NCBI GenBank assembly: GCA_039030315.1
Contig: JBCCEL010000001.1
Coordinates: 9,714-73,713 of the forward strand
DNA length: 64,000 bases
Source of the DNA: Pseudomonadota bacterium
GTDB taxonomy: Bacteria > Pseudomonadota > Alphaproteobacteria > Rhizobiales > CAJQND01
Reading direction: 5' to 3'
The notes under the pieces are model-generated. The model searched no databases. It worked only from the letters and a program-made list of their open reading frames with translations, and was not told where the DNA came from. This document shows positions 33,190 through 42,673 of this stretch, in pieces. The position numbers were made by a program, and so were the translations under genes. Each line of letters opens with the position of its first letter. Positions within the stretch are counted from its first letter, which is position 1.

Positions 33190-35009
33190 TCCTGAAACAC
33201 ATACGCGCCGGGGGCGGCGCAGAGCGGGCCATACCCTGATCTTTCGGCGCCCATTGGGGGTGGGCTCTCCGGAGCGCCTGAGCGCTCTTTCAGCCAATCC
33301 GCGAACGAAGGCCACCAGGAACCGTCCCGAACCGCGGTTTCTGCAAACCAGATTTCAGGATCCTGATAGGGTAGTTGATCGCCCCGCGATGACATTCTGA
33401 AGCGTCGCCCGGGATGGCGCGGCTCCGAAACGATTCCGGCATTGTGGCCGCCGCTTGTCAGCAGAAATGTTACGTCCGTGTCTGTCAAAAGGTTGATCTT
33501 GTACACCGAGCGCCAGGGCGCCACGTGATCCCGCTCGGTTGCGACAGCGAATATGGGGGCACGGATATCCGAGACGGTCACCGGGCTGCCGCCTGCCTCG
33601 TAGCGGCCGGCTGCAAGATCGTTGTTCAGAAAGAGATGGCGCAGATACTCCGAATGCATTTTGTAGGGCATGCGCGTCGCATCGGCATTCCAGGCCATCA
33701 GATCGGTCATCCCGGCCCGGTCGCCCATGAGGTAGTTGCGCACCATGCGTGACCAGATGAGATCGTTGGAACGAAGCAGTTGAAACGCGCCGGCCATTTG
33801 GCTGGTATCCAGGAAACCCTGCTCCCACATCATGTCTTCCAGGAAGGTCACCTGACTTTCATTGATGAAGAGCGTCAGTTCGCCAGCTTCCGTGAAATCG
33901 GCCTGGGCCGCAAACAGCGAAACAGAGGCGAGCCTCTCATCTCCGTCCCGGGCCATTGCGGCTGCGGCGATCGAGAGTAATGTTCCCCCCAGGCAATAGC
34001 CCACGCCATGGAACTTTCGCTCACCGCAGATCGCTTCGATCGCATCCAGAGCCTCCATGATGCCAAGGATCCGGTAGTCCTCCATGCCGAGCTCCCGGTC
34101 TTCGGGTCCGGGGTTCTTCCAGGACGCCATGAAGACTGTGAATCCCTGTTCGGTGAGATACTTCACCAGCGAATTCTTCGGGGATAGATCGAGAATATAG
34201 TATTTCATGATCCAGGCCGGAACGATCAGGATCGGTTCCGGGTGGACCTTCTTTCCTGCCGGTTCGTATTGGATGAGCTCGATCAGGCGATTGCGGTGAA
34301 CGACCTTGCCGGGAGTGACGGCAACCTCGACTCCGGGCCTGAAGCGTTCTGTCCCTTCTGGCTTGCGGCCACTGGCCGCTCTTTCCCAGTCAGACCGGAA
34401 GTTCTCCGCGCCTCTGACCAGATTCTGCCCGCTTTCTTCGATGGTCCGATTGATGACCGAGGGATTTGTGAGGAAGAAGTTGGAAGGTGAGAACACGTCC
34501 AACAACTGCCGGGAGGCGAACTCGACGACGCTTTCATGCTGCCTGGTCACGCCGCGGACACCGGTCGTTGCGTTGTGCCACCACTGCTGGTTCAGCAGGA
34601 ATCCCTGATACATGAGATTGTAGGGCCATTGCTGCCAGGCCCCGCCCTGGAAGCGCCGGTCTTGCGGGAGCGGCTCGATACAAGCCTCCGGCTCGGATCC
34701 CGTGACGCAATTGGCAGCAAATCCGGCGAGACGGACAGTTTTCTTGGCGGCCTTCTGCAGGAGCTGAGCCTGTTTGCCGGGCGCCGTTGCGAGATGAAAC
34801 GCCCAGTCCATCCAGGCACCGCCGAGCGCGCTCGGAGACAACCCCAATGTAATGCGTGAGGCGGCCGCGTGAACCGCACGGTCAAGAATTTCCTGCATCG
34901 CCGTCGAAGCATAGGAATCCCGCTCGAACGGACCAACGCTCTCAGCAGCGGCTACCCGCATCGGACCTTTCGGAATTCCAGCTTTTCTCTTCGTTGATAT
35001 CTGTTCCAT
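33186..35009 (-). CDS. phaC: class I poly(3-hydroxyalkanoate) synthase
   Basis: 607 aa, typical class I length. Lipase-box-like GYCLGG with the catalytic Cys (HGVGYCLGGTLLS). Conserved PILIVPAWIMKYYILDL region. Confidence 0.9.
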   Translation of the reverse strand: MEQISTKRKAGIPKGPMRVAAAESVGPFERDSYASTAMQEILDRAVHAAASRITLGLSPSALGGAWMDWAFHLATAPGKQAQLLQKAAKKTVRLAGFAANCVTGSEPEACIEPLPQDRRFQGGAWQQWPYNLMYQGFLLNQQWWHNATTGVRGVTRQHESVVEFASRQLLDVFSPSNFFLTNPSVINRTIEESGQNLVRGAENFRSDWERAASGRKPEGTERFRPGVEVAVTPGKVVHRNRLIELIQYEPAGKKVHPEPILIVPAWIMKYYILDLSPKNSLVKYLTEQGFTVFMASWKNPGPEDRELGMEDYRILGIMEALDAIEAICGERKFHGVGYCLGGTLLSIAAAAMARDGDERLASVSLFAAQADFTEAGELTLFINESQVTFLEDMMWEQGFLDTSQMAGAFQLLRSNDLIWSRMVRNYLMGDRAGMTDLMAWNADATRMPYKMHSEYLRHLFLNNDLAAGRYEAGGSPVTVSDIRAPIFAVATERDHVAPWRSVYKINLLTDTDVTFLLTSGGHNAGIVSEPRHPGRRFRMSSRGDQLPYQDPEIWFAETAVRDGSWWPSFADWLKERSGAPESPPPMGAERSGYGPLCAAPGAYVFQD

Positions 35010-35080
35010 ACCGCCCTTGCTCCCCGGCGAAAACTGTCAGGATGACCACAACTGTCCTTTGGCTAACTTGCCCGGTTTTT

Positions 35081-35096
35081 TTGCAGTGCAGCATTG
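35081..35096. promoter_or_regulatory. TGC-N3-GCAG operator-like box in the phaC / exporter divergent intergenic region
   Basis: TTGCAGTGCAGCATTG lies 72-87 nt upstream of the phaC ATG. A 15/16-identical copy lies at 48391..48406. Confidence 0.4.
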
Positions 35097-35184
35097 ATCT
35101 GGATCATATCCCTGAGGGAATTCCGACGTAGTGTTCGCTGGCAATTGTGCGGTGCATCACGGACATGCTGGAGATCATAATCCG

Positions 35185-36168
35185 ATGGGGCTCAGAAAGG
35201 TCATTGCCGCAGCCGCGGTCATGCTTGCGCTAGGCGCAGGCGGCTACGTCTATTGGCAAAAGCAGATTGCGGGGCGCTTGCCGGCCGGGATTGTCACCTC
35301 GAATGGCCGATTGGAAGCTGATCAGATCAATGTCGCTACCAAGTATGCCGGACGTGTGCGGGAAGTTATGGTCGACGAGGGCGAGATGGTCGACACGGGC
35401 CAGGTCGTGGCCCAGATGGATGACGGCGAACTGACGGCACAGTTCAGGCGTGCCGGAGCCGAGGTCCGACGAGCAGAACAGGGAAAGGAAGAAGCGACCG
35501 CATCCGTCCTAAGGGCGCGAAGTCAGCTGGAGTTCGCAGAAGCGGAGCTCAAGCGGGTACAGCGGCTGCATCGCGAGGGGTTCGCCACCACCGAGAAGAC
35601 GGACCAGCGCTACACGGAACTGCAGGCGGCCGATGCCGCGTACCGCGCCGCCGTCGCGGGAACCCAGCGCGCAGAAGAAGCAATCTCGTCCGCCAAGGAA
35701 GAACGTGGCCGACTTGCGACCATTCTTGCGGACATGACGCTGAAGGCTCCGAAGCGTGGGCGCGTGCAGTACCGTCTCACCGAGCCTGGCGAGGTCATCG
35801 CAGCCGGAGGCCGGGTCGTGACGCTGCTCGACATTTCCGATCTGCACATGACCCTTTTCTTGCCGGCAGCCGACGCCGGGCAACTGGTGGTCGGCAGCGA
35901 GGCTCGCATTGTGCTCGATCCGGTGCCGCAGTATGTGATCCCCGCAAATGTCTCGTTCGTTGCCGCCGAGGCGCAGTTCACGCCCAAGGCCGTCGAGACT
36001 GCGGAAGAACGCGCCAAGCTGGTGTTCCGTGTAAAGGTCCGGATCAAGCCCGAACTCTTGCGCAAATACGAGGACCGGGCCAAGTCGGGGGTCCGAGGCA
36101 TGGCCTATCTCCAGCTGCCCGGAGCGGAAGACTGGCCGGAGCGCCTCCAGATCAAACTGCCGAAATGA
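35185..36168 (+). CDS. HlyD-family membrane-fusion/periplasmic adaptor protein of the ABC-2 exporter
   Basis: N-terminal TM anchor (VIAAAAVMLALGAGGYVYW), GRLEADQINVATKYAGRV lipoyl-like hairpin, long coiled coil, beta-barrel end. The track ORF begins at GTG 35131. I prefer ATG 35185 (GGAG upstream). Same position as yhiI in the E. coli yhiI-rbbA-yhhJ operon. Confidence 0.8.
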   Translation: MGLRKVIAAAAVMLALGAGGYVYWQKQIAGRLPAGIVTSNGRLEADQINVATKYAGRVREVMVDEGEMVDTGQVVAQMDDGELTAQFRRAGAEVRRAEQGKEEATASVLRARSQLEFAEAELKRVQRLHREGFATTEKTDQRYTELQAADAAYRAAVAGTQRAEEAISSAKEERGRLATILADMTLKAPKRGRVQYRLTEPGEVIAAGGRVVTLLDISDLHMTLFLPAADAGQLVVGSEARIVLDPVPQYVIPANVSFVAAEAQFTPKAVETAEERAKLVFRVKVRIKPELLRKYEDRAKSGVRGMAYLQLPGAEDWPERLQIKLPK

Positions 36169-38906
36169 GCAATGCACGGCCATTCATTGTCGAGGTGCGG
36201 GGGGTCACCCACACCTATCGCGACCTCATTGCCCTATCTGATGTGGGGCTTGAGGTTCCCGCCGGGTGTATGGCCGGGTTGATCGGCCCTGATGGCGTGG
36301 GAAAATCCACACTGCTCGGCCTCATGGCGGGCGTGCGGAAAATCCAGTCCGGAGAAGTTCAGGCACTCGGTGCTAGCCTGACCGCAAGGACGGATCGCAG
36401 GACGTGCGTAAACCGGATCGCCTTTATGCCTCAGGGGCTGGGCAAGAATCTCTATCCGACTCTCAGCATCTACGAGAACCTCGAATTCTTCGGCCGCCTC
36501 TTCGGCCAGTCAAAAGCCGAACGCGATCATCGCATTGCAGAGCTTCTGGCCGCGACGGGCTTGAGTGAGTTTGCCGACCGTCCGGCCGGCAAGCTTTCCG
36601 GCGGGATGAAACAGAAACTGGGGCTCTGCTGCACCCTGATCCACGATCCCGACCTGCTTATTCTGGACGAGCCGACAACCGGCGTTGATCCGTTGTCGCG
36701 CCGCCAGTTCTGGCAGCTGATCGCGATGATCCGAAAACGCAGACCTGAGATGAGCGTGATCGTTGCAACCGCGTACATGGAGGAAGCCGAACTGTTCGAT
36801 TGGCTGGCAGCACTAGACGATGGCCGGGTCATCGCCACCGGGACGCCGGCGCAGCTGATATCTCAGACTGGAAAGGAGACGCTGGAGACAGCCTTTATCA
36901 GCCTGCTTCCGGAAGACAAGCGGGCTGGGCACACAAGCATCGTGGTGCCGCCGCGTACCGCAGGGGACGGCACGCCCGCCATCCAGGCGGAAGATCTGAC
37001 AATGCGGTTCGGGGACTTCACGGCGGTGGACAACGTGAGTTTCGAAATCGAGCGCGGTGAGATCTTCGGGTTTCTCGGTTCGAACGGGTGCGGCAAGACC
37101 ACAACGATGAAGATGCTCACCGGTCTGCTGGAGGCTAGCGAAGGCGAAGCCAGGCTGTTCGGCACAGTTCTTGATGCACGGGACATGACGACCCGCCGCC
37201 GCGTCGGGTACATGTCACAGTCCTTCTCCCTCTACGGCGAACTTTCCGTTGAACAGAACCTGTTGCTGCATGCTCAGCTGTTTGACCTGGGGCCGGAGGA
37301 AACGGCAGCCAGGATTGAGGAACTGGTCTCCCGGTTTGAGCTTGCCGCAGTTCGCGAAAGTCAGCCGCAAGGCCTGCCGCTCGGTATCAAGCAACGGCTC
37401 CAACTTGCCGTGGCCGTACTGCACCGTCCGGAGGTTCTCATACTGGACGAGCCCACATCCGGCGTGGATCCCATCGCCAGGGATGACTTCTGGCGTCTCT
37501 TGATCGAACTGTCCCGCGATGAAGGCGTGACCATCTTCATCTCGACCCACTTCATGAACGAGGCGGAGCGCTGCGATCGGATCTCCCTGATGCATGCGGG
37601 CAAGGTGCTGGCGGTGGGCGAGCCGGAAGAACTGATTGCGAACAAGAAAGCCGGATCACTGGACGAAGCCTTCGTTGGCCACATGCTGGAAGCGATTGGA
37701 GAAGCGGCGGCGGACGCGCCCGATACTGTCGTCCAAGACTCGAAAGCAGATCGCCGGTCACGTTCTGCTGGCAGCAGTCCCGTCAGCACCCGCAGGATCT
37801 GGGCCTATGCCAGCCGCGAGGGGCGGGAACTATCGCGTGATCCGGTCAGACTGGCGTTTGCACTCCTTGGCCCCATCATCCTGATGATCACGTTCAGCTT
37901 CGGCATCTCTTTCGATGTGGAGGACCTGCCGTATGCGGTGCTTGATCAGGACCGGTCCGTCGAAAGCCGGCAATACCTGGAGAACTTTGCTGGCTCACGC
38001 TATTTCGAGCAGCGCGCACCCATCACATCGACGGACGGCATTGACACCAGATTACGTAGTGGCGAGCTCAAATTCGCCATCGAAGTCCCGTCCGGATTTG
38101 GCAAGCAGCTCCTGAAGGGGCAAAAACCCCAGGTTGGCATCTGGCTGGATGGGGCCATGCCGTTTCGCGCCGAAACAGCCCGCGGCTACATTCAGGGCGT
38201 AACCCAGCACTATCTCTCGGATCTGTCGCTGCGCCGCTTCGGGGAGCCTGCGGATCTCAGCCCAGCGCTTATCGAAACCCGCTTCCGCTATAACCAGTCC
38301 TTTGAAAGTACTCATGCCATCACGCCCGGCGTGATCATGCTGCTCTGCGTGTTCATTCCGGCGATGATGACCGCAGTCGGCATCGTTCGTGAAAAAGAGC
38401 TGGGATCGATCACCAATCTCCATGCAACACCGGTGACCAAGGTGGAGTTCCTCCTGGGCAAGCAGCTGCCCTATGTCATGATCGCCTACATCAGCTTCCT
38501 CAGCCTGACTGTTCTGGCCGTGGCTGTGTTTGGCGTTCCGCTGAAAGGGTCGCTGCCGGCGTTGTTCGTTGGAGCGCTGGTCTATGTCTGGGCGACGACG
38601 GGCTTCGGAATGCTCGTCTCTTCGTTCGTCAACAGTCAGATCGCCGCCATCTTTGCCGCCGCAATCCTGACCGTCGTGCCAACACTGAACTTCTCCGGAT
38701 TCCTGAGCCCGGTATCTGCCATTGAAGGTGGCGGCAAGGTCATGTCGGCTGTATTCCCCGCAACATATTTCCAGCAGATAAGCATTGGCAGTTTTACCAA
38801 GGCGCTGGGATTTGCCGATCTGTGGAGGAACCACCTGTCCTTGCTGGTTTTTGCATTGATTGCATTCGTTCTTGCTGCACTTTTGTTGCGCAAACAGGAC
38901 ACCTGA
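36165..38906 (+). CDS. fused double ATP-binding-cassette plus ABC-2 permease protein (RbbA/YhiH-like)
   Basis: Two ABC ATPase modules (GPDGVGKST...LSGGMKQKL...LLILDEPT and GSNGCGKTT...LPLGIKQRL...VLILDEPT) followed by a C-terminal multi-TM ABC-2 domain. 913 aa, the same architecture and size as E. coli RbbA. The start overlaps the upstream stop (ATGA). Confidence 0.85.
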   Translation: MSNARPFIVEVRGVTHTYRDLIALSDVGLEVPAGCMAGLIGPDGVGKSTLLGLMAGVRKIQSGEVQALGASLTARTDRRTCVNRIAFMPQGLGKNLYPTLSIYENLEFFGRLFGQSKAERDHRIAELLAATGLSEFADRPAGKLSGGMKQKLGLCCTLIHDPDLLILDEPTTGVDPLSRRQFWQLIAMIRKRRPEMSVIVATAYMEEAELFDWLAALDDGRVIATGTPAQLISQTGKETLETAFISLLPEDKRAGHTSIVVPPRTAGDGTPAIQAEDLTMRFGDFTAVDNVSFEIERGEIFGFLGSNGCGKTTTMKMLTGLLEASEGEARLFGTVLDARDMTTRRRVGYMSQSFSLYGELSVEQNLLLHAQLFDLGPEETAARIEELVSRFELAAVRESQPQGLPLGIKQRLQLAVAVLHRPEVLILDEPTSGVDPIARDDFWRLLIELSRDEGVTIFISTHFMNEAERCDRISLMHAGKVLAVGEPEELIANKKAGSLDEAFVGHMLEAIGEAAADAPDTVVQDSKADRRSRSAGSSPVSTRRIWAYASREGRELSRDPVRLAFALLGPIILMITFSFGISFDVEDLPYAVLDQDRSVESRQYLENFAGSRYFEQRAPITSTDGIDTRLRSGELKFAIEVPSGFGKQLLKGQKPQVGIWLDGAMPFRAETARGYIQGVTQHYLSDLSLRRFGEPADLSPALIETRFRYNQSFESTHAITPGVIMLLCVFIPAMMTAVGIVREKELGSITNLHATPVTKVEFLLGKQLPYVMIAYISFLSLTVLAVAVFGVPLKGSLPALFVGALVYVWATTGFGMLVSSFVNSQIAAIFAAAILTVVPTLNFSGFLSPVSAIEGGGKVMSAVFPATYFQQISIGSFTKALGFADLWRNHLSLLVFALIAFVLAALLLRKQDT

Positions 38907-38908
38907 AC

Positions 38909-40036
38909 ATGACGGTGCGGGTCGGCCATGTCGTTCGCCTGGGGGTCAAGGAGCTGCGCAGCGTCCGTTCGGACAAGGTCCTCATCGTGCTCATGCTCTG
39001 GGCATTTACGGCGGCGGTCTATATCGTCGCGACCACAGGCAAGATGGAGGTCAACAACGCCGCAATTGCCATTGTCGACGAAGACCATTCTGAAGTGTCC
39101 CGCCGGATTGGCGATGCCTTTCTCAAACCCTACTTCAAGCCTGCGGTCAGGATATCCAGCGCCGAAGTCGATAGGGCCTTGGATGGCGGCCGCTTCATCT
39201 TCATCGTCACCATAGCGCCCCGGTTCGAAGCCAAGCTGCTTTCGGCGGAAAAGCCGGAAGCGCTCATCGCCGTCGATGCCACGGCCATGTCGGTCGCGGG
39301 GAATGGCGCCGCTTACGTGCGCAGCATCATCAGCAACGAAATCAATGACTATCTCGCCGAGCAGGGAAGAATGGCGGCGCTCCCACTGGACGCAGTGATC
39401 CGTGCCAAGTTCAATCCAAACCTGGATTCCGGCTGGTTCATGGGCGTGATGCAGATCGTGAACTTCATCACCCTGCTGGCCATGATCCTCACCGGCGCGG
39501 CGCTGATCAGGGAGCGCGAGCATGGCACGATTGAGCATCTGCTGGTCATGCCGGTCACGCCGAGCGAGATCATGATTTCCAAGGTCTGGGCCAGCGGTCT
39601 GGTTATCGTGACGGCAGCCGGCCTGTCGCTGACCATTGTTGGTGAAGCCCTGCTGGGAATTCAGATTACCGGGTCCAAGCTCCTGTTCCTGTCAGGAGCG
39701 GTGGTCTACCTGTTCTCGGTCACATCCCTCGGCATCCTGTTGGCCACAATCACCGGTTCCATGCCGCAATTCGGGCTGCTGACAATTCCGGTATTCATCG
39801 TGATGAACATGTTGTCCGGCAGCACGACGCCAATGGAAAGCATGCCTGACTGGCTGCAAACGATTATGCAGCTCGCACCCTCCACCCACTATGTATCGTT
39901 CGCCCAGTCGGTGCTTTTCCGTGGCGCCGGCCTCGGCATTGTGTGGCCGGAACTGGCGGCAATGGCCGCCATTGGATGTGTTTTCTTCTGCACAGCGCTT
40001 TTCCGTTTTCGCCGGGCGATTGCCCGACTGGGTTGA
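38909..40036 (+). CDS. ABC-2 type transporter permease (YhhJ-like)
   Basis: The ATG at 38909 is 2 nt after the upstream TGA; the track ORF start at 38822 overlaps rbbA-like coding sequence and is unlikely. One N-terminal TM, a large periplasmic loop, then 5 C-terminal TM helices. Confidence 0.8.
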   Translation: MTVRVGHVVRLGVKELRSVRSDKVLIVLMLWAFTAAVYIVATTGKMEVNNAAIAIVDEDHSEVSRRIGDAFLKPYFKPAVRISSAEVDRALDGGRFIFIVTIAPRFEAKLLSAEKPEALIAVDATAMSVAGNGAAYVRSIISNEINDYLAEQGRMAALPLDAVIRAKFNPNLDSGWFMGVMQIVNFITLLAMILTGAALIREREHGTIEHLLVMPVTPSEIMISKVWASGLVIVTAAGLSLTIVGEALLGIQITGSKLLFLSGAVVYLFSVTSLGILLATITGSMPQFGLLTIPVFIVMNMLSGSTTPMESMPDWLQTIMQLAPSTHYVSFAQSVLFRGAGLGIVWPELAAMAAIGCVFFCTALFRFRRAIARLG

Positions 40037-40249
40037 GCTTTCGGAACAGGGCTGCATCGCAGAGTTCCTGCAACAATCACGCCTCTCTCGATCGAGTTTC
40101 TTGGGGGGGCACGTCAGAGGCAGGTCCCTTTTATTAGTACGCGCTCAGAGGCGCTTAGCGCATATCGGGGTGTGCTGCTCTGATGGCCGATCCCTGCCCG
40201 GCAGGCGATACCTGTATCGCCGGGAAGGAGGCTTGGGTGCGTTATGCAA

Positions 40250-41460
40250 TCAGGGCCCTTTCCATCTTCGGAGCGTGGAGACGATCTCCACCTGTCCTTC
40301 GTGTTCTGCAGCCTATGCTGTGCTGAGCGGTGCGGGTTTGTAACTTTCGCCTTTGGTCATCAAGACCCAGGCGATACGGGCAATCTTGTTGGCCACTGCC
40401 ACTGCCGCGATCTTGATTGTGCGTCGTTCCATGAGCTTCACCAGCCAGGGATAGGTGATGGCGCCCAACTGCTTGGCCCATCCGATCACTGCCATTGCAC
40501 CAACGAACAACAATTGACGCATATATCGGTCGCGTGCCTCGGAGATAGAGCCGGAACGCTCCTTGCCGCCACTTGAATGCTGTTTTGGAACCAGCCCGAT
40601 CCAGGCGCTCATGTCGCGGCCGGAGGCAAATGCGCGGGCATCGGGAATGTTGGCCACAAGTGCCGCGGCTGACAACGGTCCCACGCCAGGGATTGCTTCG
40701 AGACGTTTGCTCAACTCGCTGGATTTGTGGATTGCCATGATGCGCCGACCGGCTCCAAGGATTTGACGCCTGGCCAGTTTCAACTGACCGGCCAAAGCCA
40801 CAAGGCAATCGCGGGCCAACTGGAGGGTACGGGAGTCCTCACCTGACACGAGTTCTCCCAACAGCTTCTGAATGCCCTTGCGCACGACAGGGGCCACAAT
40901 GCCCAATTCGGCCATGTGAGCGCGGATAGCGTTGATCAACATTGTGGACTGGCGCACCAGCATCATCCGTGTGCGGTGAAGCATCAGGACCGATTGCGGC
41001 TCCGGCGTCCTCACCGGCACAAAGCGCATGGTCGGACGCTGCACCACTTCGCAGATCGCTTCAGCATCGGCCGCATCGGTTTTGTTGCGCTTCACGTAGG
41101 CTTTGACTTAGCGCGCCGGCATCATGCACACGTTGTGGCCCAGCTTCCTCAGTTCACGAGCCCAATAGTGCGACGTCGCACAGGCTTCCAGGCCGATGAG
41201 ACACGGCGGCAGCTTGGCGAAATAGGCCAAAACCTGGCCCCGCCTCAATTGCCGGCGAATGACAACCTTGCCGGCCTCATCAATGCCATGCGCCTGAAAC
41301 ACGTTCTTGGCGATATCGAGACCGATTGTGCTAACTTCCTTCATGGATGGCTCCTCCTTGGCGTTTCTAAAGACACCGCAATGTGGCACATCGCGATGCT
41401 GGCGGAGGAGCCGTCCACCGCAGTACTAGGTGACATGGGCTTAACGGAGAATTTGGGAGG
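40250..41460 (-). mobile_element. IS110-family insertion sequence (ends approximate)
   Basis: Contains a DEDD-type IS110 transposase gene. It lies between the exporter operon and an AraC gene. IS110 elements lack clear terminal inverted repeats, so the boundaries are guesses. An imperfect hairpin (about 40196..40222) abuts the left side. Confidence 0.5.
40313..41344 (-). pseudogene. IS110-family transposase interrupted by a single in-frame TAA
   Basis: MKEVSTIGLDIAKNVFQAHGIDEAGKVV...LIGLEACATSHYWAR...MMPAR*VKAYVKRNKTDAADAEAICE...LEAIPGVGPLSAAALVANI...GLVPKQHSSGGKER. The stop is at 41108..41110, where family members have Tyr (P-x-YVKPYVK). ATG at 41344 is preceded by AGGAGG. Confidence 0.8.
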
Positions 41461-41518
41461 TCAAACGGAAGCATCTTGCCGCCAGACGATTCTCCGTCCT
41501 ACGCTGAACTCCGGCCAG

Positions 41519-42469
41519 ATGAGATGTACGCCTCTGGGGCCGGACAGTGGGGGCCGAAAGGATTGTGGATTGGATAACGAAGTTGATGATCCGTACGCTG
41601 GTCGACGGATCTCCGGTTCAGAAATTGATGTGTTCGAGCCGTTTGGGCCCATGTATTGCGGTTCGGAGACGCGCGTCTACTATCAAAAGCCCGTGGCCCA
41701 TCATGTCGATGTGCATCTCGATCGCGGCTGGCTGGTCCTCTGTCTGGGAGGCTGCCGGTCCACGGCAGCAATCGGCTCGGACCGGATGGGGGTCGCTGAA
41801 AGTTTCGGCCCCTCGATAACGTACATGCCCCCTGACTGCGATGTCCGCGTTTGCGAGGACAATGCGCGGACAAGCGATATCGTTCTCGTTGCACCTCCCG
41901 TCCAATCCTTCGAGGCGGCGGCGGACTTGCGCAATATCAAACCTGGCACCATGAGCTACTTCTGGCGGGAAGGGGCGGCCATCGGCAAGCTGACACGATC
42001 CCTCAGGGACATGCTCCTGATCAACGAATTTCACCGCTTCGACCCGCTGGAGATTGAAACGTGTGTGGAATATGTGGTCGCTTTCCTGACCGAACTCTAT
42101 GCGGGAGAAATCGGCAAGACGCGTCGAAAAGCGAACTTTGGCCTCACCACACGGCAGCTCCGAAATGTGGCTGACTTTGTCGACGCAAACCTTGAAAACA
42201 CGGTCACCCTCCAAGCGCTTGCAGAGCAGGCCGGTCTTTCTCAGCACCACTTTGCGCGTCAGTTCCGTAGAGCGACCGGGACAAGCGCATACCACTATGT
42301 GCTCACCAAGCGCATTTTGAAGGCAATGGCACTCCTCGCCGACACAGAGACTCTGTTGTCGGAGATCGCGCTTGCCTGCGGCTTTTATGACCACGCCCAC
42401 ATGAGCAACCACTTCGCAAAGCATGTGAGTGTCCGGCCCGCCAGATACCGGCAAATCATTCGAACTTGA
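41519..42469 (+). CDS. AraC-family transcriptional regulator
   Basis: C-terminal double HTH: VTLQALAEQAGLSQHHFARQFRRATGTSAYHYVLTKRILKAMALL...IALACGFYDHAHMSNHFAKHV. The 517-aa track ORF extends back through the IS and is not credible. ATG 41519 (or 41435) gives a normal size of about 315-345 aa. Confidence 0.7.
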   Translation: MRCTPLGPDSGGRKDCGLDNEVDDPYAGRRISGSEIDVFEPFGPMYCGSETRVYYQKPVAHHVDVHLDRGWLVLCLGGCRSTAAIGSDRMGVAESFGPSITYMPPDCDVRVCEDNARTSDIVLVAPPVQSFEAAADLRNIKPGTMSYFWREGAAIGKLTRSLRDMLLINEFHRFDPLEIETCVEYVVAFLTELYAGEIGKTRRKANFGLTTRQLRNVADFVDANLENTVTLQALAEQAGLSQHHFARQFRRATGTSAYHYVLTKRILKAMALLADTETLLSEIALACGFYDHAHMSNHFAKHVSVRPARYRQIIRT

Positions 42470-42673
42470 GGCCAATTCGAAGCAAGATCATACAAATCGC
42501 GGTTGCATCTTCCAATCGCTCCGGCCCTCCGCTCGATAACATCCACCGCATAAGCACGTCTCAGGCAGTTGCTCAGTTTTCTGCGCCGTACATCCCATTA
42601 CCCGGATTCTGCGCGATGGTGACTTGGCTCGACCCGAGAACGTTCTGCAAAGCAAATGTCGAGGGAGCGAACC

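Noticed and set aside
40916-42469. The 517-aa plus-strand ORF spanning the IS and the AraC gene.
   Set aside because: Its first approximately 170-200 codons are antisense to the IS110 transposase and have shadow-ORF composition. Only the C-terminal approximately 315 aa (AraC-type) are credible.
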